Source: Mobula hypostoma (taxonomy: Eukaryota). Taken from it: DNA of 64,000 bases. The position numbers were made by a program, and so were the translations under genes. Positions 11,170-21,600 of this stretch are shown piece after piece; the first letter of the stretch is position 1, and each line of letters opens with the position of its first letter. The notes below the pieces were generated by a model. It had not been told where the DNA came from. It saw only the letters and a program-made list of their open reading frames with translations, and did no database searches. The DNA is taken from positions 95,668,001 to 95,732,000 of the forward strand of contig NC_086097.1 of assembly GCF_963921235.1 (NCBI RefSeq), read 5' to 3'.

Positions 11170-11945
11170 TTAAACAGATACAGTACGTGGACAACACCAC
11201 TGTCATAGGACAATCACGAGTGGCGACAACCAGGGAGCAAAGAAGCTGGCGTCCTGATGCAATCACAACAACTTGGAGCTGAATTCCCTCAAAACTCTGG
11301 AGATGCATATCAGCTTCAGGAGAGTGTGTCTCTTCTCCACCCACTCATCAGTTAGTTCAACATTCAGATTCATGCATATCACTATTTCACAGGACCTCAC
11401 GTAGGATAACTATATCTCCATCATTAACAAAAAAGCTCAGCAGAGACTCTACTTCTTGCAACAGTTGGCGAAATTCCATTTTATATATCTAGGTGCAATT
11501 TTACACTGCCATGACAGAGAGCATCCCCACATCAGCCATTTCTGTATGGTTTGGTACAACGTGCTGTCAGGGCAGCAGAGAACGTTATTGGCTTCAGTTG
11601 ACCATCACTGCAGGCCTTGGACTGTATGTGTCTGGGACAAACAAGCCGGCAGAAAAATCATTGCGGACATTACCCATTCAGCAAACTGCCTTTTCCAAAA
11701 GCTCCCCTCTGGAAAGGCACCATTGGGCTTTTAAAATAAAAGCTTCAGGGCATCTTAAAAATTTCTTCCCCCAGCAGTTAATCTGATCAACCATTGTTAG
11801 ACTCCCCCCACCCCTCTCCACCTGTTACCCCCATCACTGCATTGTAAACACTTTAAACCACTTTTTAAAATGCTGTTTACATTGTCAATACATGCAGATA
11901 TTTATGTATTTATGCACATTTTATTCAATATCCATACTTCTAACG
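11170..11945 (+). mobile_element. Decayed Rex1/Babar-type LINE 3' fragment
   Basis: YVDNTTVIG (cf. FADDTTVIG), KKAQQRLYFL, HSANCLFQKLPSG peptides; frameshifted. Confidence 0.7.
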
Positions 11946-13166
11946 TTAAATACATGAACGTTTATAAGGCAAATAATGTTGGTCTTTGAAGTCGTGACTG
12001 GGACAGGATATTCTCCATAGATGAGAATGTGCTCCTAAAAAACACTGAGTGAGTTTGATTCCTTTCGGGGCGAAGTGAATCACCAACCAGCATCTCACCA
12101 ATGCACGGAGCATCTGTGCAATGCACCTGTAGCAATTTGCCAAGACTTCAGCAACACCGCCAGCTAAATCTGCAGCTTTAACAAATTGTGAGGAAATATG
12201 CAGGGGAGTCATCGCTGCATACAGATCACTCCTGAGATGCACAGTACACCACGTAGACATGGAAACGGATCACCGTTTCATTACCATCACTAAGTCAAAA
12301 CACTGAACCTAGCAGTTCAGTGGGCATCCTTTAACCACAAAATTATTCAAAAAAATCAACTCATCGTCACTACTATAGGAACGAAAAACAAAGGCTCGTG
12401 TTCTCACAAGGTTCACATGCCGGGAATGAGTTAAAACATTGTTATTTGTGGGTATTCCAAGAACAGGACATGGCCAGCAAAGCTATCTCCTCTCCCCTGC
12501 AGCACCAGAGGGCCTCAAGCCCAACCTAAGATTGTGGCGGCTGTGTTGGAGATCCAGGCCAGGCTCCCCACCCACCACCCCCCGCCGCCGCCCGATGAAC
12601 GGGCACTGCTCCAATCCAATGCACAGGTTCCTCTTCCAGTACAGTACATTATGTCAGAGTCATTGAGCCTCACACCACATAAACAGCCCCATGTTAACCA
12701 CAAAGCACCCCATCACACTCACCCTATGCACCAGCACTTCGTCTGCAGTCCTTGGTGGCTTGCCATTTCGAGCGCTTATCTGGACAGTTCATAAACACAC
12801 CAGGATTACCCCTGTTCACCAGGCGCTCGGGCAGTGCATTCTACATTTCAGATACCTCTTGGGTGACTAAAATTCCTCTGAATGTCTGCCCCCTCATCTT
12901 AAGGTTAGGGTTAGGGTTAGCCTTTTGGTTACAGACAGCTCTGCAATAGGGAGAAGTCTCCTCACTGTCCATTCCTTATAAGCCCCTCCATATCTTTGTA
13001 TACTTCAATCAGGACTGGGCTGCCCACCCCAGTCGGGAGGACCACTTATGCAAGGCCTGAGTATCACTTCACTATCAGTGTGAAACTTTCTCATTTAAAT
13101 TGGCAGCAAATTAGAGGAAAATGCAACCCACCACATTTAACAGCTTTCAAAATTAAAGTCCCTTAC

Positions 13167-13198
13167 CATCTGTCTCCCTTGTGTGTGGTTCATCATAC
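13167..13198 (-). CDS. mta1: MTA1-like micro-exon (G/MMNHTQGRQM), 32 bp, phase 1-0
   Basis: Acceptor ttctgctttttgcag|GT, donor ATG|gtaagg; resembles MTA1 GLANHGQARHM. Confidence 0.88.
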
Positions 13199-13834
13199 CT
13201 GCAAAAAGCAGAAGAAACTATTAACATGAGACTGACAGTTATCTCCTCTACAGCACCAATAGAATATTCCCTCCATGTGAATCAAAACCTGTTGAAAGGA
13301 TGCTACGTCCACTCCAGCCAACAATGAAGGTACGACAACCTTTTGAGTGTGAAATTCCAACATTAAGGAACCCTAGATCAGCACTGCTACACGCCAAGGC
13401 CTATTCTCTCAGTACTGTTTGAATTACCTGTTGATAGATTGGAGAAGGTCATTCATCCCCTCAATTAGATTATGACTGATGTGTGCCAATGTTCCCTTAA
13501 CTTAGCTGACAGTGCCATTTACACTGTGGGCATTGACCACAACAGTTTTGGTCTTTCAGAGCAGAATTCCAGGTTTCCATCACTCACGTGAGGTAAACTT
13601 TCTTCCAAGCTTCATCAGGATAGAACCAATCTACTAAACTCAGAAGATCGCTAACAAGTTCAAGTTCATATAACCAGTCCCAGTAAACTTAATCCTATCA
13701 TCTCTTACTAATGCTGAGATTAATCTGTTGCTACACATAAAGCACTGGAAGTAAACTCAATTTAATCACAGCGGGAATAAGTATCAGTAATTGGACAGAC
13801 CTTTCACAGCCGCAGTTCAGCTAAATACATCAGA

Positions 13835-14070
13835 GGCGAGTTTTTCACACAAGAGTGGTGGGTGTATGGAATGCACTGCCAGCGATGGTGGTAGAGGTGA
13901 TACAATAGGGTCTTTTAAGAGACTCTTAGATAGGTACATAGAGCTTAGGAAAATAGAGGGCTGTGTGGTAGGGAAATTCTAGACAGTTTCTACAGTGGGT
14001 TACATGGCTAGCACAACGTTGTGGGCTGAAGGGCCTGTAATGTGCTGTAGATTTCTATGTTTTATGTTCT
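13835..14070 (+). mobile_element. CR1 LINE 3' end
   Basis: FFTQRVVG.WNALP and FKRLLDRY coding remnants, then GGGCTGAAGGGCCTGT and a (ttctatgt)-type tail. Confidence 0.8.
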
Positions 14071-14309
14071 GTTTACTCTGTATCACAATTTTTTGGGTAC
14101 TGATTTGTGAATTCTGTTAGGGTGAATTTCTATTACACACAGAGGCATCTGTATGTGGGAGCTGTACTGTGGGAGTGGTATGACTTGCAGATTGTTGGTT
14201 CACTTGCAGGAACCTGTATCCTGTATTGGGGTATGTGAAGTGGCATCCAGACATAAAGGGAAAGACAGACTTACTACTGCAGAAAGATGAAAGGAAAGTA
14301 GATCTGGAG

Positions 14310-14368
14310 CAGGGGCTTCCAACCTCTTTTTATGCCATGGACCAATGCCATTAAGCAAGGGGTCCATG
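14310..14368 (+). mobile_element. Internally deleted hAT (Charlie/Buster-type) MITE
   Basis: CAGGGGCTTCCAACC...TATGCCATGGA matches the MITE at 55608; flanks ATCTGGAG / ATCTAGAT resemble a decayed 8-bp TSD. Confidence 0.6.
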
Positions 14369-14590
14369 ATCTAGATAAATGGACAGGTTAGGAGATGCAC
14401 AAGTACAAGGTGACACTAACACAGGCACATTTATGCAAGATATAGTCAAATGAATTGATAAGAAGAAGAAAATGAGAAAGAAGGGGAATAAATGTAGTTA
14501 TAGGGAATGAAAATGACAGAAACACACACAGAAGCATAATAAAGATCTAAAAAATAAGAGCAAATTGACATCGTTTTACTGCAGTCTTAC

Positions 14591-14626
14591 CCTTATAAGG
14601 CATCAGGAAGCGTTTCTTCATATTCC
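14591..14626 (-). CDS. mta1: MTA1-like micro-exon (G/NMKKRFLMPYK/G), 36 bp, phase 1-1
   Basis: Acceptor gtcttttcccag|GG, donor G|gtaaga; matches MTA1 GNMKKRLLMPSRG. Confidence 0.93.
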
Positions 14627-15261
14627 CTGGGAAAAGACAGAAGAGAAATGATCAATGACTCAAATCATTAACAGAATGTTACCTACAAACTGAGGAACCT
14701 GAATCTTGCAATAGTTAATCTTGGTGTTGCAGCTTTGGAAGTTCACAAGATCTGAATTCCAATTCAGAATGAGCAGAATGAAACAGGTTCACAACATTGC
14801 CAAGGGCAGCTTGTGGCAATGTTAGAGACAAAGTCTCACGCACACACACACACACCATCAGTAAAGTAGCACAGGCTGGTGTCAAGTGTTGTACAGCAGC
14901 AAAATGTGAAGCTTCTCACAGTGAAAATTAATTTACTTGTTTGCATAGTTTCCCGTCCTGCCAAATATCACTGGATAGCCAAATGCAAAGATCAGGCTTG
15001 GTGAAGCAACTCAGCTGCCTCCTGGAAATTCTCATGTCTTTTTCCCAACCCAGGTTTCCTCGCTCCTCTTCTCCAGTAACACCCACCCTATCTCGTCTTT
15101 CTCCTGGCCTTTCACACGCCTCTGACTGGCAACTGCAGCTTCAACAATCTAGACCCCAAGTTCTGCACTTCCCTCCACTGATCCTCTGGGCAAGGGGTGG
15201 ATCCCCCTATATAGATTTACAAGTACTCTCCACCCGACTTACGTACTGTGCATCCCCTTAC

Positions 15262-15384
15262 ATATGAGCGACTGTGGGAGACGGCAGGGGACAGATTTGC
15301 CAGCTGCTGCGGGGCCGCAGGCCGCCTCTGCCAGGCGCCACACTTCCAAATTGCAAACAGTTCCGGTTACGAACAGCTTGAAGC
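15262..15384 (-). CDS. mta1: Candidate alternative cassette exon (G/FKLFVTGTVCNLEVWRLAEAACGPAAAGKSVPCRLPQSLI/W), 123 bp, phase 1-1
   Basis: Acceptor tgtgttccccag|GC, donor T|gtaagg; length divisible by 3, open in the MTA frame, GC-rich non-repetitive sequence. No counterpart in the canonical human MTA1 protein as I recall it. Confidence 0.55.
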
Positions 15385-16603
15385 CTGGGGAACACAACTG
15401 TAGACAATGATATATCGTCAAGGCAGGATGGTAGGTGCTTTGCAAGGGAAACCTGCGAAAGGTGGCACTTCTATCCATCTATTAGCTATGTCCTTCGAGA
15501 CGGTTTGTTAAGTATATTTGAGAGTCTAAAGGAAATGCAGTGCATTCTGCAGATGGTGATTGACGCTGTGTAGTGGAGAGAATTGATGTCGTGGGTAGAG
15601 GGCTGAAGTTCCAGTCAGATGGATTGGGTTGCTTTGTCTTGGATGACGCTGAACCGTTTGAATGCAGTTGAAAACGCACTCATCCTGCCAGCTGGGAGCA
15701 TTCCTAATTATTACGAAGACAGAAGAAACCCTTTTGGCCCATTGAATCTATGCCAGCTCCCAGCAGAGTAATCCCATTTCCACTCTATTCCCCTGCTGTT
15801 CTCCATCTTATTCTCTCTCATACACAACCATCAACTCAAACAGACATTTCAGAACAAAAAGACTCATCACAAATGGATTTTAAAAGGCATCACACAGAGT
15901 TCGATTGCAGTGAAGTGCCATTCAATATAATATTGGAAGGAGCTTCTTGATTGGTTGCTGGGAAGGGAGAAGTGAAGCCACACGTAATTCTGCGCTGATA
16001 CTTGCGCAACAATATCATGAAAAACACAACCGAGTGCGAGAGAGGAATCAAGTCGTTCAGCCCATTGGGTCTGTGCTGACCATCCAGTCATCCACTTACA
16101 CTCATCCTTCATTCTTCCCACACGTCCATCACCTCCTCCCCCTATCACTCACCTGCACACCAGGGGCAGATTACAGTGGCCAGTTAGTCCACCGATCCAT
16201 ACAGCTTTGGGATGTGGGAAAAAGCAACTAGGCAGATGTCATAGGGAGGACATGCAAACTCCACACAGACAGCACCAGGGGCGAGGATTGAATCTGGTTC
16301 ACTGGAGCTGTAAGGAAGTTGCTCTGCTGACAATGCCACCCACCATTTACAGAACTGGCAACTCCAGCCCCTGAGTCTCCCAGGCCCATAGTTCCAGTTT
16401 ATCCAGTGGACCCAGTGAGGCTTTGTTCTGCACTGTTTTCAGTTGACAATGTGGAAACTCTATCCTGCAGGAGTCTGCACTTTGAGAAGAGGGGAGAAAC
16501 GTGTCCAGACTCTACTAGTAGCCCTGACCGAAATTAACAAATACATAGGCATGCATTTCGCAAAGTGATCCAGAAACCAGACTGCCAGCTCTGAGACACT
16601 GAC

Positions 16604-16750
16604 CATTGGTATCATTGTGCAGCTCGTAGCTACGCTTGCCCAGAATAGTGGGAGAGCTGTGGTTTAAGATGGGCATCATCTTGGCAGGCGTCACGTTGCT
16701 GATGTGCAGACTAGCCTGAGCACGCTCCTGTTTCGGGCATGGATGAGCTT
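16604..16750 (-). CDS. mta1: MTA1-like exon (E/AHPCPKQERAQASLHISNVTPAKMMPILNHSSPTILGKRSYELHNDTN), 147 bp, phase 1-1
   Basis: Acceptor ccttctttattcacag|AA, donor G|gtcagt; TPAK...SPTILGKRSYE.HN matches MTA1; read manually. Confidence 0.93.
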
Positions 16751-17228
16751 CTGTGAATAAAGAAGGAGATTAATGTCAGGATACAAAGAACAAAACCCAA
16801 TTCCTCCCCTTTGGAGCATTTGATATATCAATGTTTGCAAGAACCCTAGCAATTGTTTGGGGTACTTGCCCTCAATTTCAAAAGAAATTTCTGATTTCAG
16901 GAATAGTGTGTAACTCTCTGCATATTGACATATTCCTATGTTAACATTTTGTCCAGCCCTATCGATGCACAAAATGTTTACCCAGGAACACACCTTTTCA
17001 TATCTTCTGCAGTAGCTGTACATGACATGCATCATAACCTAAGGTTAATTAAAAGTGCTTCAGAACCAGCAAAACTCCAAGAGGACCACAACCTTATTGT
17101 GGTGTGGAGGCTTGCATGCCTCAGTGACCTGGAGAGCTACACTGGCTGGAGCCAGGGCTTCACGCTTTGGCTCTTGGCCGGGTCACTCATGTCAAACAGG
17201 TCAAAGGGTAGAGGTCAGACAAAGAGTG

Positions 17229-18211
17229 CAGACATCCCACCTCTCCCGGAACTTCCGGGAGTCTCCCGCATATTAGTAGTGGCTCCCTGATGCCCGCAAA
17301 TTATATACGATGTCCCGGAAATTGATTTTTTTTGAGAGCGAGTGTGAGAGAATGCGCGAGAAAGAGCGAGAGAGCAAGCGCGAGTGAGAGTGACCGCGAG
17401 AGAGCGACCGCGAGTGAGAGCGACCGCGAGAGAGAGCGAGAGCAAGAGCAGGAGAGCGAGAGAGAAAGCGACCGCGAGTGAGAGTGACCGTGAGAGAGAG
17501 AGCGAGAGTGAGAGCGACCGCGAGAGAGAGCGAGAGCAAGAGCAGGAGAGCGAGAGAGCGAGAGTAACCGCGAGAGAGCGACTGCGAGTGAGTGCAACCG
17601 CGAGAGAGTGCGAGCAAGAGCGAGAGCGAGCGCGAGAGAGCAAGCGCGAGTGAGAGTGACCGCGAGAGAGTGACCGCGAGTGAGAGTGACCGCGAGAGAG
17701 CGACCGCGAGTGAGTGCAACTGCGAGAGAGAGCGAGAGCAAGAGCAGGAGAGCGAGCGCGAGTGTGAGCGACCGCGAGAGAGAGCGAGAGCAAGAGCAGG
17801 AGAGCAAGAGAGCGAGCGCGAGTGAGAGAGAGAGCGAGGGAGTTCCAAAAAAAGTCAGAGTGGCAGAGTGTTCCAAAAAAAGAAAATATAAAACGTACGT
17901 CACCCCAGACTGCACTAAAGTGTACCCCTGCCTAATAGGGGTCAAAATAATGACAGTGTTGCTCGCTGCAGTGTTTGCAACAGTGACTTTTCTATTGTCC
18001 ATGGTGGGTTAAGACTGTAAAAGATATGTTGAGGTGAGTTTAACAGGTGTCATTTGTTCATTAGCATAGCTAACGTTATTTAAACTAGCTGGCCAGCTGC
18101 TAAGGAGCTACTCTATTGCAGACATCCCACCTCTCCCGGAAGTTCCAGGAGTCTCCTGCAAATTGATCATGCTACCTCCCTGAAATGCGTTTTTGCAGGG
18201 TGGGATGTCTG
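17229..18211. mobile_element. Non-autonomous DNA transposon (hAT Blackjack-like), 13-bp TIRs, 6-bp TSD
   Basis: CAGACATCCCACC (17229) / GGTGGGATGTCTG (ends 18211); AGAGTG duplicated at 17223-17228 and 18212-18217; TCCCG/CGGGA subterminal motifs. Confidence 0.85.
17334..17837. repeat. Compound GA/CpG-rich tandem repeat (GAGAGCGACCGCGAGT-type units) inside the DNA transposon
   Basis: Direct reading; source of the Ser/Arg/Leu-rich ORFs. Confidence 0.9.
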
Positions 18212-18636
18212 AGAGTGGTCCACCAGTCCTCCAGGTTCGGGGGTTCAGCTCAGGCCTGACAACACTGACACGTAAAACATAATTGTTATGGAAACAGCAA
18301 TGAAGAATCCTTCTACATCTGAGTGCGATGGTATTCCTGAGTCTCCACCTGGGACTTGCATGACTGACAGTGGTGAAAACTGAGGGGAAGCTGCTGACAT
18401 GATGAAGGAAGCTCTGACCACCGCCAGAGATGAAGGAGCTTCATTGCTCCGCTGCTGCCAGCAGCACACTGGGCAGTAAGCACAACCAACGAGGTATTTG
18501 GGAAGTATCATCATTGTTGAAACACAAGGAAAGGCCACAGTTTATAAAGATCTGGTGCAAATACAGCAGTATTTCCCAAAGCTCACTTTAATACAGTGCA
18601 CCATAACTAAAGGTATTGTTCATAGGTGAACAAAAC

Positions 18637-21600
18637 TGTGTGTGTGTGTGTGAGAGAGAGAGCATGAGTGCGTGTGTCTGTGCACGTGTTCTGTGTGTAG
18701 GTGAGCGTGTGTCTGTGTGTTTACATGAGCGTGTATGTGAACGTGTGTGTGTGTGTGTGTGTGTGTGTATGAGCATGAGCATGTGTGTGAGCACGTGTAT
18801 GAGGATGTGTGTGAGCGTGTATGTGAGCATGCGTGTGTGCATGAGAGTGTGTGCATATGCGTGCATGAGTGCGTGCCTGTGCATGGATGTGAGTGTGTGA
18901 GAGACAGTGTCTGCGTGTGAATGGATGTGTGTGTGTGAGAGACGATGTGTGCGTGTGCATGGATGTGTGTGTGTGTGAGAGACAGTGCGTGCGTGTGCAT
19001 GGATGTGTGTGTGTGAGAGACTATGTGTGCGTGTGCATGGATGTGTGGGTGTGAGAGAGTGCGTGCATGTGCATGGATGTGTGTGTGTGAGAGAGTGCGT
19101 GCGTGTGCATGAATGTGTGTGTGTGAGAGACAGTGTGTGCGTGTGCATGGATGTGTGTGTGAGAGACTATGTGTGCGTGTGCATGGATGTGTGGGTGTGA
19201 GAGAGTGCGTGCATGTGCATGGATGTGTGTGTGTGAGAGAGTGCGTGCGTGTGCATGAATGTGTGTGTGTGAGAGAGTGCGTGCGTGTGCATGGATGTGT
19301 GTGTGTGAGAGACAGTGTGTGCGTGTCCATGGATGTGTGTGTGTGAGAGACTATGTGTGCGTGTGCATGGATGTGTGTGTGTGAGAGACAGTGCGTGCGT
19401 GTGCATGGATGTGTGTGTGTGAGAGAGTGAGTGCGTGTGCATGGATGTGTGTGTGAGAGACAGTGTGTGCGTGTGCATGGATGTGTGTGTGTGAGAGACA
19501 GTGTGTGCGTGTGCATGGATGTATGTGTGTGAGAGACGATGTGTGAGAGACGATGTGTGCGTGTGCATGGATGTGTGTGTGTGAGAGACAGTGTGTGCGT
19601 GTGCATGGATGCGTGTGTGTGAGAGACAGTGCGTGCGTGTGCATGTATGTGTGTGTGTGAGAGACTATGTGTGCGTGTGCATGGATGTGTGTGTGTGAGA
19701 GACAGTGCGTGCGTGTGCATGGATGTGTGTGTGTGAGAGAGTGCGTGCGTGTGCATGGATATGTGTGTGAGAGACAGTGTGTGCGTGTGCATGGATGTGT
19801 GTGTGTGAGAGACAGTGCGTGCGTGTGCATGTATGTGTGTGTGTGAGAGACTATGAGTGCGTGTGCATGGATGTGTGTGTGAGAGACAGTGTGTGCGTGT
19901 GCATGGATGTGTGCGTGTGAGAGACAGTGTGTGCGTGTGCATGGATGTGTGTGTGTGAGAGACGATGTGTGCGTGTGCATGGATGTGTGTGTGTGAGAGA
20001 CAGTGTGTGCGTGTGCATGGATGTGTGTGTGTGAGAGACGATGTGTGCGTGTGCATGGATGTGTGTGTATGAGAGACAGTGTGTGCGTGTGCAGGGATGT
20101 GTGTGTGTGAGACAGTGTGTGCGTGTGCACGGATGTGTGTGTGAGAGACAGTGTGTACGTGTGCACGGATGTGTGTGTGTGAGAGACAGTATGTGCGTCT
20201 GCATGGATGTGTGTGTGAGAGACAGTGTGTGCGTGTGCATGCATGTGTGTGTGTGAGAGACTATGTGTGCGTGTGCAAGGATGTGTGTGCGTGAGAGACT
20301 ATGTGTGTGTGTACATCGATATGTGTGTGTGAGAGACTCTGTGTGCGTGTGCAAGGATGTGTGTGTGTGAGAGACTATGTGTGGGTGTGCATGGATGTGT
20401 GTGTGTGAGAGACTATGTGTGCGTGTGCATGGATGTGTGTGTGTGAGAGACTATGTGTGCGTGTGCATGGATGTGCGTTTGAGAGTCAGTGTGTGCGTGT
20501 GCATGGATGTGTGTGTGTGAGAGACTAGGTGTGCGTGTGCAAGGATGTGTGTGTGTGTGAGAGACTATGTGTGCGTGTGCATGGATGTGTGTGTGTGAGA
20601 GACTAGGTGTGCGTGTGCAAGGATGTGTGTGTGTGAGAGACTATGTGTGCATGTGCATGGATGTGTGTTTGAGAGTCAGTGTGTGCGTGTGCATGGATGT
20701 GTGTGTGTGAGAGACAGTGTGTGCGTGTGCATGGATGTGTGTGTGTGAGAGACAGAGTGTGCGTGTGCATGGATGTGTGTGTGTGAGAGAGTGCGTGTGC
20801 ATGTGCATGGATGTGTGTGTGTGAGAGACAGTGCGTGCGTGTGCATGGATGTGTGTGTGTGAGAGACTATGTGTGCGTGTGCATGGATGTGTGTGTGTGA
20901 GAGAGTGAGTGCGTGTGCATGGATGTGTGTGTGTGAGAGAGTGCGTGCGCGTGCATGGATGTGTGTGTGTGAGACAGTGCGTGCGTGTGCATGGATGTGT
21001 GTGTGTGAGAGAGTGCGTGCGTGTGCATGGATGTGTGTGTGTGAGAGACGATGTGTGCGTGTGCATGGATGTGTGTGTGTGAGAGACAGTGTGTGCGTGT
21101 GCAGGGATGTGTGTGTGTGAGACAGTGTGTGCGTGTGCACGGATGTGTGTGTGAGAGACAGTGTGTACGTGTGCACGGGTGTGTGTGTGAGAGACAATGT
21201 GTGCGTGTGCATGGATGTGTGTGTGAGAGACAGTGTGTGCGTGTGCAAGGATGTGTGATTGAGAGTCAGTGTGTGCGTGTGCATGGATGTGTGTGTGTGA
21301 GAGACAGTGTGTGCGTGTGCATGGATGTGTGTGTGTGAGAGACAGTGTGTGCGTGTGCATGGATGTGTGTGTGTGAGAGACGATGTGTGCGTGTGCATGG
21401 ATGTGTGTGTATGAGAGACAGTGTGTGCGTGTGCAGGGATGTGTGTGTGTGAGACAGTGTGGGCGTGTGCACGGATGTGTGTGTGAGAGACAGTGTGTAC
21501 GTGTGCACGGATGTGTGTGTGTGAGAGACAGTGTGTGCGTGTGCATGGATGTGTGTGTGAGAGACAGTGTGTGCGTGTGCATGCATGTGTGTGTGTGAGA

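Larger units (their letters stand above)
17082..18445 (+). mobile_element. RTE-clade (Expander/BovB-like) 5' region or RTE-derived SINE, interrupted at 17229-18211
   Basis: GGACCACAACCTT..GTGGTGTGGAGGCTTGCATGCCTCAGTGACC..GAGCTA...CATGTCAAACAGGTC...GGTCAGACAAAGAGTG resembles recalled RTE 5' UTRs; sequence resumes after the insert. Confidence 0.55.

Noticed and set aside
17215..18012. SR-protein-like or RE-rich ORFs
   Set aside because: Translation of the GA/CpG repeat inside a non-autonomous transposon; no RRM.
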